Shown here piece by piece: positions 13,300 through 24,715 of a DNA stretch of 64,000 nt (position 1 is its first letter; every line of letters starts with the position of its first letter). The DNA is from the human T2T-CHM13v2.0 reference genome, Homo sapiens, in NCBI RefSeq assembly GCF_009914755.1, contig NC_060928.1. One strand, 5' to 3'. The notes beneath the pieces were generated by a model. That model was given only the letters and a program-made list of their open reading frames with translations, searched no databases and was not told the DNA's origin. The translations under genes were made by a program, and so were the position numbers.

Positions 13300-14513
13300 T
13301 GCCTCTGTCTTGTGTCTCCATTTCTCTATTGTAAAAGACCAAGGTGACCACTTTCAGGAGGCCCTCTAATGTACTATCTGGTCCCAAGGCCCATTTCTGC
13401 ATGTTCCTTCTGATATCAGGGGCTGCCTGAATAATTTATTCTTTAGGATTAGCTGTCCCTCGACTGAGTCAGGAGATAGAGAGGTGTGCTTTACCAAGGC
13501 CACTCTTAGCCTCTCCAGGAAGGCAGTTGATTTTCATCAAATCCCTGATAAATCATTTACAACTTAGTATAATTGAGAGGCTTGGTCTTAGTCCTGCGTA
13601 AGCCCACCATTACGCACACCTGAAAGTGTGTCCTCTTCCAGTCTCCCATCTCATCACTGGGATCCCATTTAGAGTCATTCACTGGTACTGTTTATCTTCC
13701 AATTGGATAATTTTCACTTCCTTCCCTGATGCTGTATGTGATGCAAAGTTCATCCCCAAATCTTTCTGCTGCTTGCAGAGCAGCCTGCTTCTTAGTGTTG
13801 TCAGGATCTGATTCAAAAGTAACAAAACATCTCTCCAGGAGAGTTCAAATATTTGGGTGAAGTTCTGGAAAGCCTCTAAATATCTATCAGGGTCATCTGA
13901 AAACTTGTCAAGATCCCCCTTAATTTACTTTAAGTCCTGTAGGGAGCCAAAGACCTGAACCTTACTGGGCACAAATGCAATGGGCATTTGTTGGAGGGAC
14001 AAGAGCGATACTGGGGCTTGCTTACAGTGGGGTTTTTAGAAGCGGGCAAGTGAGAGGCTGAAGCTGGATAGGGAGGTCAGGGTGGACCTAGAGGAGCAGG
14101 CCTGGAAGGAGATGGCCTCTCTGCCAGGGTGCCTCTGGGACTTGTATCTTTAATTCCTCAGGTTTGCCTCTTACAGCCTTCCCTGAGATGGCAAATAGGA
14201 GAGGTGGATAAATCATACACTATTGGCAAAGGTCTGGATTGCCTTGCAATGTATAGAAAGCCTGCACATAAGGGGACTCAGATCATCTGTCCTCAAGTCT
14301 ACGGAAATGTTTCAACTGCTGGATGATATCAAAATGAATGGTTTCTTCCTGAGGCCAGGACAGTCCTTGTTGTAAATCATAATTTGGCCAAACCTTTGTG
14401 CAGAGGGCTATGAGGTATTTTTTCCTCCAGATTCTAAGGTCAAAGCAGTCCCAATGGTTCAGGATACACACCAGAGGAGTATAAGCTGGGGGTGGTGAAG
14501 CGAACTGGTTGCC
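13300..14513 (-). pseudogene. gag: Decayed gammaretrovirus-like gag (MA and CA), with stops and frameshifts
   Basis: Minus-strand translations: PLVCILNHWDCFD..CTKVWPNYDL..WPQEETIHFDIIQQL (MA); LQDLK*IKGDLDKFSDDPDRYLEAFQNFTQIFELSWRDVLLLLNQIL (CA); QGFDEN/AFLERLRVALVKHTSLSPDSVEGQLILK (major homology region). These resemble HERV-W/HERV9-type Gag. Confidence 0.88.
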
Positions 14514-15773
14514 AGTTCTGAAAGACAAGAAATAGAGATGTCCCTCATTTCCCTTTTTTATTTCAGTAAAAACTTAGGGTGTGATGGAGAGAGAAAGAAA
14601 GCATCTCCCCTTCACCTTCCACCTCTTATCCCTGAGCCCCGGCAAACTTAGCAGGTGTCAGCCATAGGTACCAAAGTGGCATGTACCCATGAAGCAGGAA
14701 AAACCTGGAGAATAGGAATTAATCGCCCACACCTATGCCTGCCTTTCTCTCTGCTGTCGGAAACCTTTGAGTTCCCTGAACCTGTTTATGCCACAGAGCA
14801 CGGCCTCTTTCTGTGGGGTGGGGGTTTAGTCAGCAGGAATTCGTCCTGCCCGTTTACATTGTTCCTGTTGCCTGGCTTTGGATCCCTCAGACCGGTTTTT
14901 TCTTTCTAGGGCCTCAGCCTGAAGCTTGGAATTAAGTTTGGGACTGAAAAAGTATTTTAGTGGTTGTTTATATCTGTTTAGAGCATCTCAAATAAGCCCT
15001 GCTGAATTTGCAGTTATCAGCCTGCAGGGGCCATTCCTCTGTTAAATTCCTATCAGAAACAGTGCTGGGTGGGGGAGCCTTTCACTTAGAAAAGGAAAAA
15101 AAAAGAGAGAGAGAGAGAGAGAAACAGTCTAAGGGGCAAAAAGGAGAGATCCTAGGGGAAGAAACCATTGCTCAATGCAAGTGTGTCCTTCTAATCCTTA
15201 TATATTTTCCCTGGTTCAGACTGGGTTGAATTCCTTGGCCAGGTGAGAAATGTTCTGTTGGCATGGGTGGCGAGAAGCACCCATCTGTTGGTCCTGTGGG
15301 GTTATGGCTACCATCATGGCTTTCTCCCACCCCATCCCCAACCCGTGGGTTTTAGGTGTAGCATTTGCAAGCTGCGGGCACACTAAGGCGCCCAAGCTGG
15401 AAGGAAAATGGGTAACAGGAGGTGCCCTGAGCTCTAAGTGCCTGTGGCTGTCAAGATGGAGGCATAGATGGCATCTCTAGGAAGAGCTGGTTTGATTTGC
15501 ACCTTTGGCGGCTGAGCCAGATGCTCATTTTATTTAGTAACATTGCCACAGCCAGTTGCAAAGCTCTTAACATTATAAAGAAAAAGATAAGAGTTGTTTC
15601 AAACTGTGAGAGAGAAAAGAGATGGAGTTTGGGGGTTTTATTGGCCCAGTTAGGGCAGTTTAAAACCCCATGAAAGGAAACAGAGCCTCTTACCCACAAA
15701 AAAGAGAAAGAGGTGGCAGGGTTTTGGAAGAGAGGCAGACTCAATAGTTTCACATTTGTACTCACCTTCCATG

Positions 15774-15791
15774 ATCCTGGACGATCCCCCA
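15774..15791 (-). other. Primer-binding site for tRNA-Pro
   Basis: Minus strand reads TGGGGGATCGTCCAGGAT versus canonical TGGGGGCTCGTCCGGGAT (16/18), 2 nt from the 5' LTR; a splice donor AAG|GTGAGT follows. Confidence 0.9.
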
Positions 15792-15793
15792 GT

Positions 15794-16648
15794 TGAAACA
15801 GGAAAAGTTTCTTTATCACCCTTGCAGGGCATGTGATGGATGGGGGTGTGGCTCGCTACTTCAGTGTCCTGCTGCTCAAACCTCTAGGGGAAACATGCAG
15901 ATGGGCAGGTTGTGGGGCTCCAACCCCACAGCAGTGTCTAGGGGTGAATGTTTACAGCTCAAGCCCCAGTGGGCATGTATTACAGTATGCTGTTTCACTT
16001 TAGCTGTCCATAGGCAGCTTGTGTTAGTCAGCTCAATTAGACTCCTGCCTTATCAAAAGGACAGAGGGCTTTCTGTATCCCAGGGTTTCTTGCCTTGGTA
16101 TACCGGAAGAATCAGATCACACGTGGGCTTGGAGAATTAGTGCAAGGTTTTATTGTGTGGAATTATCTCTCAGCAGATGGAAGAGCCAGAAGGGAGATGG
16201 AGTGAAAAGGTGGTTTTTTCCCTCTGAAGTTGGGCTGTTCAGCAACCAGGCTCTCCTCTGACCACCCTGGCCAAACCACATCATTCCATTGTTCGACGGC
16301 CTGCTGGCATCTGCTGATGACTGTCGGTATGCTCTTACGCTGGTGCGTTCCTCTCAGCTTCCAATTGCTTGTGTCTTCTTCTGCTAGTGTGCTACTCTCA
16401 AAGTCCAGCCACTTGTGTGCATGCCCGCTAGGGTCTCAGGGTTTTTAAAGGCACAGGATGGGGAGATGGCAAACCAGAGTGGTCTTGGGAAATGGAGCAT
16501 TTGGGCACAAAAACAGAAATGCCTGTCCTCACCTAAGTCCCTGGGCAGAGGCCTGGGGGTGGAGTCTTAGCCAGGGACAATGCCCTTCTCTTCCCAGCAC
16601 TACCATGCCCCCCTCTTCCCAGCACTACCATGCCCCCCTCCCATATTA
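15794..16648 (-). repeat. 5' LTR of the provirus
   Basis: Adjacent to the PBS; retains a TATA-like element (minus strand cctttaaaaaccc, ~16440-16452); 24-bp tandem duplication at ~16590-16638. Confidence 0.92.
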
Positions 16649-16773
16649 ATACAACCTATAATATCAATTATGCATATATAAAAATAATGAAGAAGATTAA
16701 TACGAAGAAAACATGAGTTTTTCAAGGTACATTTTATTATCACTAATTTAAACGTCAAAATAACAGGAGCCTT

Positions 16774-18935
16774 CAAACCAAACAGCCAACATTATATTGA
16801 AAGAGCAAAAGATGGAAGCATTCCCTTTGAAAACTGGAAGAAGACAAGGATCCCTTTCTCACCACTCTTATTCAACACAGTACTGGAAATCATAGCCAGA
16901 GAAATTCAACAAGAGAATGAAATAAAGGGCATCCAAATTGGAAGAGAAGAAGTCAAACTATCTCTGTTTGCAGATGGCATAATTCTGTAAAACCCCGCAG
17001 TCTCCATCCAAAAGCTCTTCCAGCTGATAAATGACTTTAGCAAAGTTGTAGGGTACCAAATCAATGTGCAAAAATTACTAGCATTTCTATAAATCAGCAA
17101 CAGCCAAACCAAGAGTGAAATCAGAAAGGTAATTCCATTTACAATTTTCACAAAAAGCGTAAAATACCTAGGAATACAGCTAATCAGGGAAGTGAAAAAT
17201 TTCTACAATGAGAATTACAAAATACTGCCCAAAGAAATCAGAGATGACACACAAAAACAAGGAAAAACATCCCATGCTTATGTACAGGAAAAAATCAATA
17301 CCAGTAAAATGGCCATAATGCCCAAAGCAATTTACAAATTCAAGGATATTCCTATCAAATTACCAATGACATTTTTCACAGAACTAGAAAAATCTGTCCT
17401 AAAATTCACATGAAACCAAAAAAGAGCCTAAATAGCCAAGGAAATCCTAAGCAAAAATAACAAAACTGAAGCCATCATGCTATCCAACTTCAAACTATGC
17501 TGCAGGGGTACAGCTACCAAAACAGCATGGTGTTTGTACCACAACAGGCATATAGACCAATTGAAAAGAATAGAGAGCCCAGAAAAAAGGCTATGCATCT
17601 ACAACCATCCGATATTTGACAAGGTGACAAAAACAAGCAATGGGGAAAGGATTCACTATTCAATAAATGGTGCTGGGGTCACAGGCTAGCCACATGCAGA
17701 AGATTGAAGCTGGATCCCTTCCTTATACCACGTAAAAAAATCAACTCAAGATAGATTAAGGGCTTAAACGTAAACCTCAAAACTATAAAAAAACCTAGAA
17801 AACAACCTAAGCAATACTATCTTGGATCTAGGAATGGACAAAGACTTTATGATGAAGACATCAAAAGCAATTGCAACAAAAGTAAAAATTGACAAGTGGG
17901 ACCTAATTAAACTAAAGAGCTTCTGTACAGCAAAAGAAACTGTCAACAGAGTAAATCAACAAATTACAGAATGTGAGAAAATATTTGCAAACTATGCATC
18001 TGACAAAAGTCTAATATCCAGCATCTATAAAAAATTTAAACAAATTTATAAGAGAAAAACAATCCCATTAAAAAGTGGTCAAAGGACGTGAACAGATACT
18101 TCTCAAAAGAAGGCATACATGCAGCCAAAAAATATATGAAAAAAGATTCAATATCAAGCCAACAAATATATGAAAAAAGGTCAAATATCACTGATTATTA
18201 GAGAAATGCAAATCAAAACCACAGTGAGATACTGTCTCAAATCAGTTAAAATGGTTGGTACAAAAGTAATTGCAGCTATTAAAGTTTTGCTATTAAAAGT
18301 AATTTGACTATTAAAAAGTTAAAAAAAAAACAGATGCTGGTGAGTTTGTAGAGAAAAGGGAACACTTATAGTCTGTTAGTGGGAGTGTAAATTAGTTCAA
18401 CCATTATGGAATGCAGTTGACCATTCCATAAGAACAGAATTACCATTTGACCCAGCAATCCCATTATTGGGAGGACTATAAATCATTCTACCATAAAGAC
18501 ACAAACATGCAAATGTTAGTTGCAACACTATTCACAATAGCAAAGACATGGAATCAACCTAAATGCCCAACAATGACAGATTGAACAGAGAAAATGTGAT
18601 ACATATGCCCCATGGAATGCTATAAAGTCATACCAAAGAATGAGATTATATCTTCTGCGGGAACACGGATGGAGCTTGAGGCTATTATCCTTAGCAAACT
18701 AACCCAGGAATGTTCTCACTTATAAGTGGGAGCTGAAAGATAAGAACTTATGAACACAAAGAAGGAAACAACAGACATTGGATCTACTTAAAGTGGGAGG
18801 GTGGGAGAAGGGAGAAGAGCAGAACAGATAACTATTGGTACTGTGCTTAATACCTGGGTGATGAAATAATATGAACTGCAAACCCCTGTGATGCGTGTTT
18901 ACCTATACAACAAACATCCAAACCTAAAATAACCC
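16774..18935 (+). mobile_element. 5'-truncated L1 (L1PA13-16-like), ORF2 3' half plus 3' UTR
   Basis: ORF2 fragments ([15 protein letters not shown]; [19 protein letters not shown]); 3' UTR agataactattggtactgtgcttaatacctgggtgatgaaataat. Confidence 0.92.
18253..18303 (+). mobile_element. Partial MADE1 (Hsmar1-derived MITE) inside the L1
   Basis: ggttggtacaaaagtaattgc...ttttgctattaaaagtaat matches the MADE1 terminal inverted repeat and interrupts otherwise colinear L1 sequence. Confidence 0.65.
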
Positions 18936-19452
18936 CCCCAAAACTATATAAAAGGTAAAGTAAAACACATTTAAAATAAAATTTTTAAATTTTTTAAATT
19001 ATTTTGAGATTTTGCCAGCTTAAAATTTAAATAAAAAGTGTTAAGTAATTTGCCAATCATTTTCAGTAGTTGAAAAAGGAAAATTTTTGAGATTCACTAA
19101 AGCTACGGCCCCTGAGGAAGTTCCTCTTAGAAACATGTTACTAGAGCATTATTTTGCATGTTGTTATGCCCCAAAGAGTTAGGGATATGATTAAATATAT
19201 TATTTTTTACTTTCTTCATCAAATGTCTGGACACACAAAAACCATTAAAATTCTACCTGAAGTCTGACAGTATGTTGAGTCATCGCTTCTATTTTACTTG
19301 CTTGCCATAATATGTCTGGGTATAACAACAAAATCATGCTGAATATGACTGAAGAAATATAGAAAGAAAAATCAGTGAAGAAAATGTTTATGCAAGTGTC
19401 AATAGCAATGAAATAAACATGGTGGTGGTCAAAAATTATTTAAGAACCATAT

Positions 19453-20080
19453 TGTTACTTGTAGTTAAACAGACATGAGTGGGGCAGGAGAGGGCTCTCC
19501 CTCACCCACAAGGAATGCCAGTGCCAGGGAGAGGCCATTTCCTGATGATCCACACCTGTCACGCTAAGTGTTAATTGAATGCAGACACCAGAAGAGGCCG
19601 CTTCCCGGGTATGTGCATTAAAAGACAAAATGGCTGAGTGTGACCTTCCAGGGGCACTCCACCAAAAAAGGGAAGAAAGCCTCAGATGGGCATGAGTACA
19701 ACTTCCTGAACACACTGTGTGTGCTCACTTCCCAAGTATAAGGACACTACACATGTGGGCAGCCCACCCTCAGGGAAGAATTATAGGAAACGGGCGCAAC
19801 ATGCCAGAGGTGGATCAGCCTGTAAAGTCCTCGGATCAAGGTTAAACACCACATTTTACTTTTTCGATGCCCACTTGGGTCTCTTCCGAATGTATTTCCC
19901 TTTCTTTCCTGCTCTAAATCTTTTTAGTAAACTTCCACTCCTGCTTTGAAACTTGCCTCAGTCTCTTTTCTGCCTTATGCACCTCAGTCGAATTCTTTCT
20001 TCTGAGGAGGCAAGTCGTGAGGTTGCTGCAGATCCATATGGATTGAACTGCCTGTAACTAAGATACTTTCCATCCGTAAG
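19453..20080 (+). mobile_element. MER50-like ERV1 solo LTR
   Basis: tgtta...gtagttaaacagacatgagtggggcaggagagggc start; aagcctcagatgggcatg; agtaaa poly(A)-like signal; gaattctttcttctgaggaggcaag. Confidence 0.8.
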
Positions 20081-20369
20081 TAATTCCACTTTTTACTTTA
20101 AATATTCAGAATAAAATTATAGCATGGTACAATATAACAGAATTGTGTACTGTAAGCAAAAAAAATAGTGAGCCATTTACATCATTTTTTGTCAACTAAT
20201 TTTGAAGTTCCTTGGCAAATACAAGTTATTCAAAGATGATGGAGCAGCAGCAAATAAACATGTAAAAGGATGCTTGAACCAGTGAATGTCTTTATGGTGT
20301 GATATATTAATCTCAAATGGCAAGATTTACCAACAAGAACTCCTTTTAAAAATTAATTAATGATTTTAT

Positions 20370-20846
20370 GATTTTTTTTTTTAAATTTCCATAGCTTTTT
20401 GGGAAACAGGTGTTATTTGGTTACATGAGTAATTTCTTTAGTGGTAATTTGTGAGATTTTTTGGTGCACCCTTCATCCAAATGGTAAACACTGAACACAA
20501 TTAGTAGCCTTTTATATATCACCCCCTTCCCACCTTTTCTCCTGGAGTCCCCAAAGTCCATTGTGTTATTCTTATGCCTTTGCCTCCTCATAGCTTAGCT
20601 CCCACTTATGACTGAGAACAATACGATGTTAGGTTTTCCATTCCTCAGTTACTTCACTTAGAATAATAGTCTCCAGTTTCAACTGGGTTACTGTGAATGC
20701 CATTAATTCATTCCTTTTTATGACTGAATAGTATTCAATTGTGTGTGTGTATATATATATAATTAATATGTATGCATATCAATTGTATATTGATATGGGT
20801 AAACAGACAACCTACAGAGTGGGAGAAAATCTTTACAATCTATACA
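20370..20846 (-). mobile_element. L1PB-type 3' end with a short inverted ORF2 piece (20799-20846, +)
   Basis: T-rich tail then ttggttacatgagtaatttctttagtggtaatttgtgagattttttggtgcaccc (L1PB 3' UTR); gtaaacagacaacctacagagtgggagaaaatcttt lies in the opposite orientation. Confidence 0.8.
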
Positions 20847-23739
20847 ACTCTTTAAATTAATGCTAAAGAGTATGAACATTTTTTAGTAGTTAAAAAGGGG
20901 GAACTTTTGAGATTTACCCAAATAGTTGGTTTTCCAGAAACCCTGTAAAGAAATAGTTGAACTACTGTGCTTTGTGAGTAAAATAGTTTTTGGTTGCCAC
21001 CTGTTATTGTCATTCTTCTACTGGAAGATGCAGAAATTGGTATGCATGCAGCAAAATCAAAGATGCAGATAAACTTTCAGAAATAATTTTGCAATTTTTA
21101 ATACTAATTACATTCTTTTATTGCTGCATTTCTAGATCCAAAATAAAGGCTATATTTTTCCTCAACTCTTTACGTAAATAAATAAGAATATATGCAAAAA
21201 ATATAACAAAAACTTGAGTGTAAGTAAAAATCTTGGTCTGCTTTGGAAAGAGACAATTATACATTCTTAAAGCATCCCATAACTCTTCAATTTGTGCTTT
21301 AATCAACTTTCACCATCATCTTCATCATCATCATCATGTCCAAATCTTCAGATCTAGGAAGTGAAGAGGACAGCAGTCCTTGTCTTACAGATTCTATTAC
21401 TGAAAATCATAAGCATAATAACTTATAATCGGCATCACTTTCAACAGTATCCTTTAGGTGATAAGTTGAGCCAAACAATGCCTTGCTCTTTTATCAACAG
21501 AAAATTAGTACAAAAAACTATTTAGTAGCAAAAACGTGCAGTATAGTGACTGTTGAAAGAATTTAGCACACACTTGTGTTGGAAAACTATTGTTCTTGTG
21601 CAAAACGTTCAAATTTTAAAAAATAACGCCAAAACATTAGTAATAAAAATGTTCAAATATTCATCTCAAATAAAAAGTTAAATTTATTCTGGTTTCCCAT
21701 TAATTAAATCAACACCATTGATATAACGTCAATGATGAATCATTGGCATTAACCTCCAAACACAGCATTTTACTACAATATGTATTAGGCACACCTCTGC
21801 GTAGGCAGAGATATTTTATTAAAATCTGAAATTTTTTGTCTTAAATTAATACACCTCTCACAAGTTTATATATAGATCTAAGTAATTTTTTGTTATCAGG
21901 CTGATTTATTCATAGCAGAAAAGAGAAAATTACTTGAACATAAAAATTTCTAGAAAAACCTGAATCCTTCAGTGCTTAATTGAAAAATATGGCAACATAC
22001 CCAGAACTCACCAAGGAAAGATATGAGTGTCTCGCAGATCTTAAACCAAAGGTGAAGTGGAGTATGCATTAGCACCCTGATTGCTTTCAAAGGTACAAAA
22101 GACTTAAGAACATGCATAACTGTTCTATCACTTAAAAATTATGAAGTATATATCAAGTGACCTTGAAAAGCATCTTGGATTGTTTAGATCAAAGTGATTT
22201 TTCAGGAATACCTCTGAGAACAATTAAGGTTAGATTTGCTTTATGTCTTACTAATTTTAGGAAGAGTTATTATAGAATTTATTAATAATTAACATTGCTG
22301 ATGTACTTTAAAGACAAATATCTGTATTCAGTGTTGAATTGCAGACTGACTTGAATTTTATATGCCTAAAGAACATACAATAGAGGAATTATAAATTATA
22401 TGAATCTATCTTTAAACTGAATTGGACTTCTTAGATATCCTACATGGAAAGGCTGTGGGGCTTACTATATAATTCTCAACAATGAATTAAAATGTACCAA
22501 TATTTACAAGTAATGAAAAGAATTCTGGATAAGAAAATCCCTATGTTAAAATACATTTATCAGCTGGAAACATCATATTAATAAAACAAAATTACCAAAT
22601 ATTTGATTTACAAATAGAATTTGCTCATGCTTCTTTCATATTCTGTATAAATTTGTCATGTCCTTTTCTAACTTGTCTTCATTTGTTTAGATAACCTTTG
22701 CTTCCTTGCCATGTATTATTTGCACTGTCTTTAGAGTTTTATTGGTTACATACACACACATACGCAAAAGGGATAGCTGTCATCTTCAGAAAAAAATCTT
22801 TTAGAAAATAAGTCATCCCTATTTCAGGTAATTTTCATTATTATAATAATAGTAGTAGATGCACTATTTGAAATAAAATTAAGTAGGAAAAATTAGAAGT
22901 AAGAGGTAACAGAACAGAGAAAAGAGAGCTAAAGCTTATTTTATGCTAGAAGTAGATTATTTTCCATTCATTTGCTTTTTATATTTTTAATAGTACAGTT
23001 TAGAAGAAATATGGAAGCATATATAAAGCATGCTAAAGTCTTGGAATCTCACGCTGGCGCTTGCTAATAGCAGAGATGTGTGATTTGGGAGGAAGAAGTG
23101 AGACACATCTTGAAATATGCATAAAATCGAAGAATGAATCTGCATATATGGTACATGTGGATTTTGCTTATGCAGTACACTGTATTCTAAAATGGAGTTA
23201 TCAGAATGATTAAGGTGCTAAAACTCAACTTTTATGTAATCATAATTATCAGGAGAAATTTAGGTTCTGGTAAATGTGTAAAAGAGGGATGAGTTGATTC
23301 TACCAACACCCTTGGAATATAATTAAGTTGCTTAAGCTTATTTATATCTTTAGTATCCAGGTTATTTTGCATACCCAGGAATAGAATTATATGAATCAGA
23401 GATGATGTCATTGAAAAAAATCCACAATAGGCTTTCAAAATCATGAGATATAAATATACACATATGAAATATAGATAGATATAATAGGCATATATAGTTG
23501 TGTGTTTGTGTATTTATATATTTACATCTGCACTACTTCAGAGCTGAAGCAATTTTGTTTTTCTTGTAAAGGAGAATAAATAACATTGAAAATTTTGTAT
23601 TAATATCATTAACTACAAATTTCGACATATTTTTCATTATAAGGTATTTTATTCTATTTTTAATATTTCAATATATTATCAATTTTAAACTACTTAGGAA
23701 ACTTTCAATCACCAATCTACATACTAACTTTTTCCTTTT

Positions 23740-24460
23740 TCTAATTTACTCATTTCAGAAATTGGTCCCACTCTCTAACCACTTGCTCAAGTAAAACACT
23801 TATAATTGAGTCAACTTTTGAGCACCAGATTCTTATATCCAAAAGTGACCTTTTCTCTGAATACTCAAGCAGTGTTCTCTGATTGACACTTTTCCAATGG
23901 TGGACTGTTCAATCTCTGCACTGTTCAATATGAGAGCCAATAGCCCTGTGTGCCTATTAAGCACTTGAAATGCAGCTACTGTAAATGAGAAACTAAATTT
24001 TTTAATATTTTTTAATTTAAATTTATTTAAATTGAAATAGCCACATATGGTTAGTAGTTGCCATATTGGATAGTGCATTTCTAGACCTATATAACCAACT
24101 ACCAAATTTATATATTCTCTTGAATATATTATAAGAATCTCAAATTTAATATCCACTGAACTTGGGGCTTTTGGTTTTTCTTACCAAATTGGTTCCTCTC
24201 ACTTTTCTATATAATTTACTCTTGTTTTTTTTTTATTTGCTTACTCTATAGTATTACAACTTGACAGCATTATCATTCTATTGTTTTATACTCCATTTAT
24301 TGTATTATGGGATTATTTAAGTCTGTTTGCTGATTATAGTACAAGAAATGGGAAAAAAAAGATCTCATCCATCTTTTTTTTTTTTAACACTCTATCCACA
24401 GAACCTAGAATAGTGTTATATAGTCATCACTCAATATTTCTTGAATGAATGGATAAATAA
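23740..24460 (+). mobile_element. L2 remnant interrupted by MER3
   Basis: L2-like text flanks the MER3; L2 3' end gaacctagaatagtg...ctcaatatttcttgaatgaatgg. Confidence 0.6.
23868..24079. mobile_element. MER3 (hAT-Charlie MITE)
   Basis: ctgcactgttcaatatg..gcc.atagcc.tgtgtg.ctattaagcacttgaaatg...aaatagccacatatggttagtagttgccatattggatagtgca; internally palindromic. Confidence 0.85.
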
Positions 24461-24524
24461 GTGTATTGTTAAAAAATGAATGACAGTGCTATAACCATAG
24501 ACCAACAGTGCTGAGATTAAAGGT

Positions 24525-24715
24525 GATAAGTTTGTACCTAGGTATTAATTGTATTAGATCTGCCTTTTATGAGTAATGTGTCCTCAGGCAAATGACTGAT
24601 TTAGTATCAACTTTCTTCTATGTATAAATAGACTATAAAAATACTTTATAGAGTTATTTTAGTCTGGAATAATATGAAGCTTATTAATGGCATTTAGTCA
24701 ATAAATGTTGGCCAT
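24525..24715 (+). mobile_element. MIR remnant
   Basis: tgtgtcctcaggcaaatgact...ttcttctatgtataaatagactataaaaatact...tcaataaatgttggc. Confidence 0.6.

Larger units (their letters stand above)
12016..16648 (-). mobile_element. ERV1 provirus (HUERS-P/LTR1-LTR27-LTR28-like group), internally deleted, with two LTRs
   Basis: Direct-repeat LTRs at 12016-12804 and 15794-16648; 4-bp TSD ATAC (12012-12015, 16649-16652); tRNA-Pro PBS; gag remnant; purine-rich tract next to the 3' LTR. Confidence 0.92.

Noticed and set aside
16590-16638. Short direct repeats as a CRISPR-like array (also 29598-29668, 34012-34074)
   Set aside because: Only two copies each, no spacer series, no cas genes, and the DNA is eukaryotic.
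21310-21336. (CAT)n run suggesting a His- or Asp-rich coding exon
   Set aside because: Short microsatellite with no sustained ORF or flanking splice sites.
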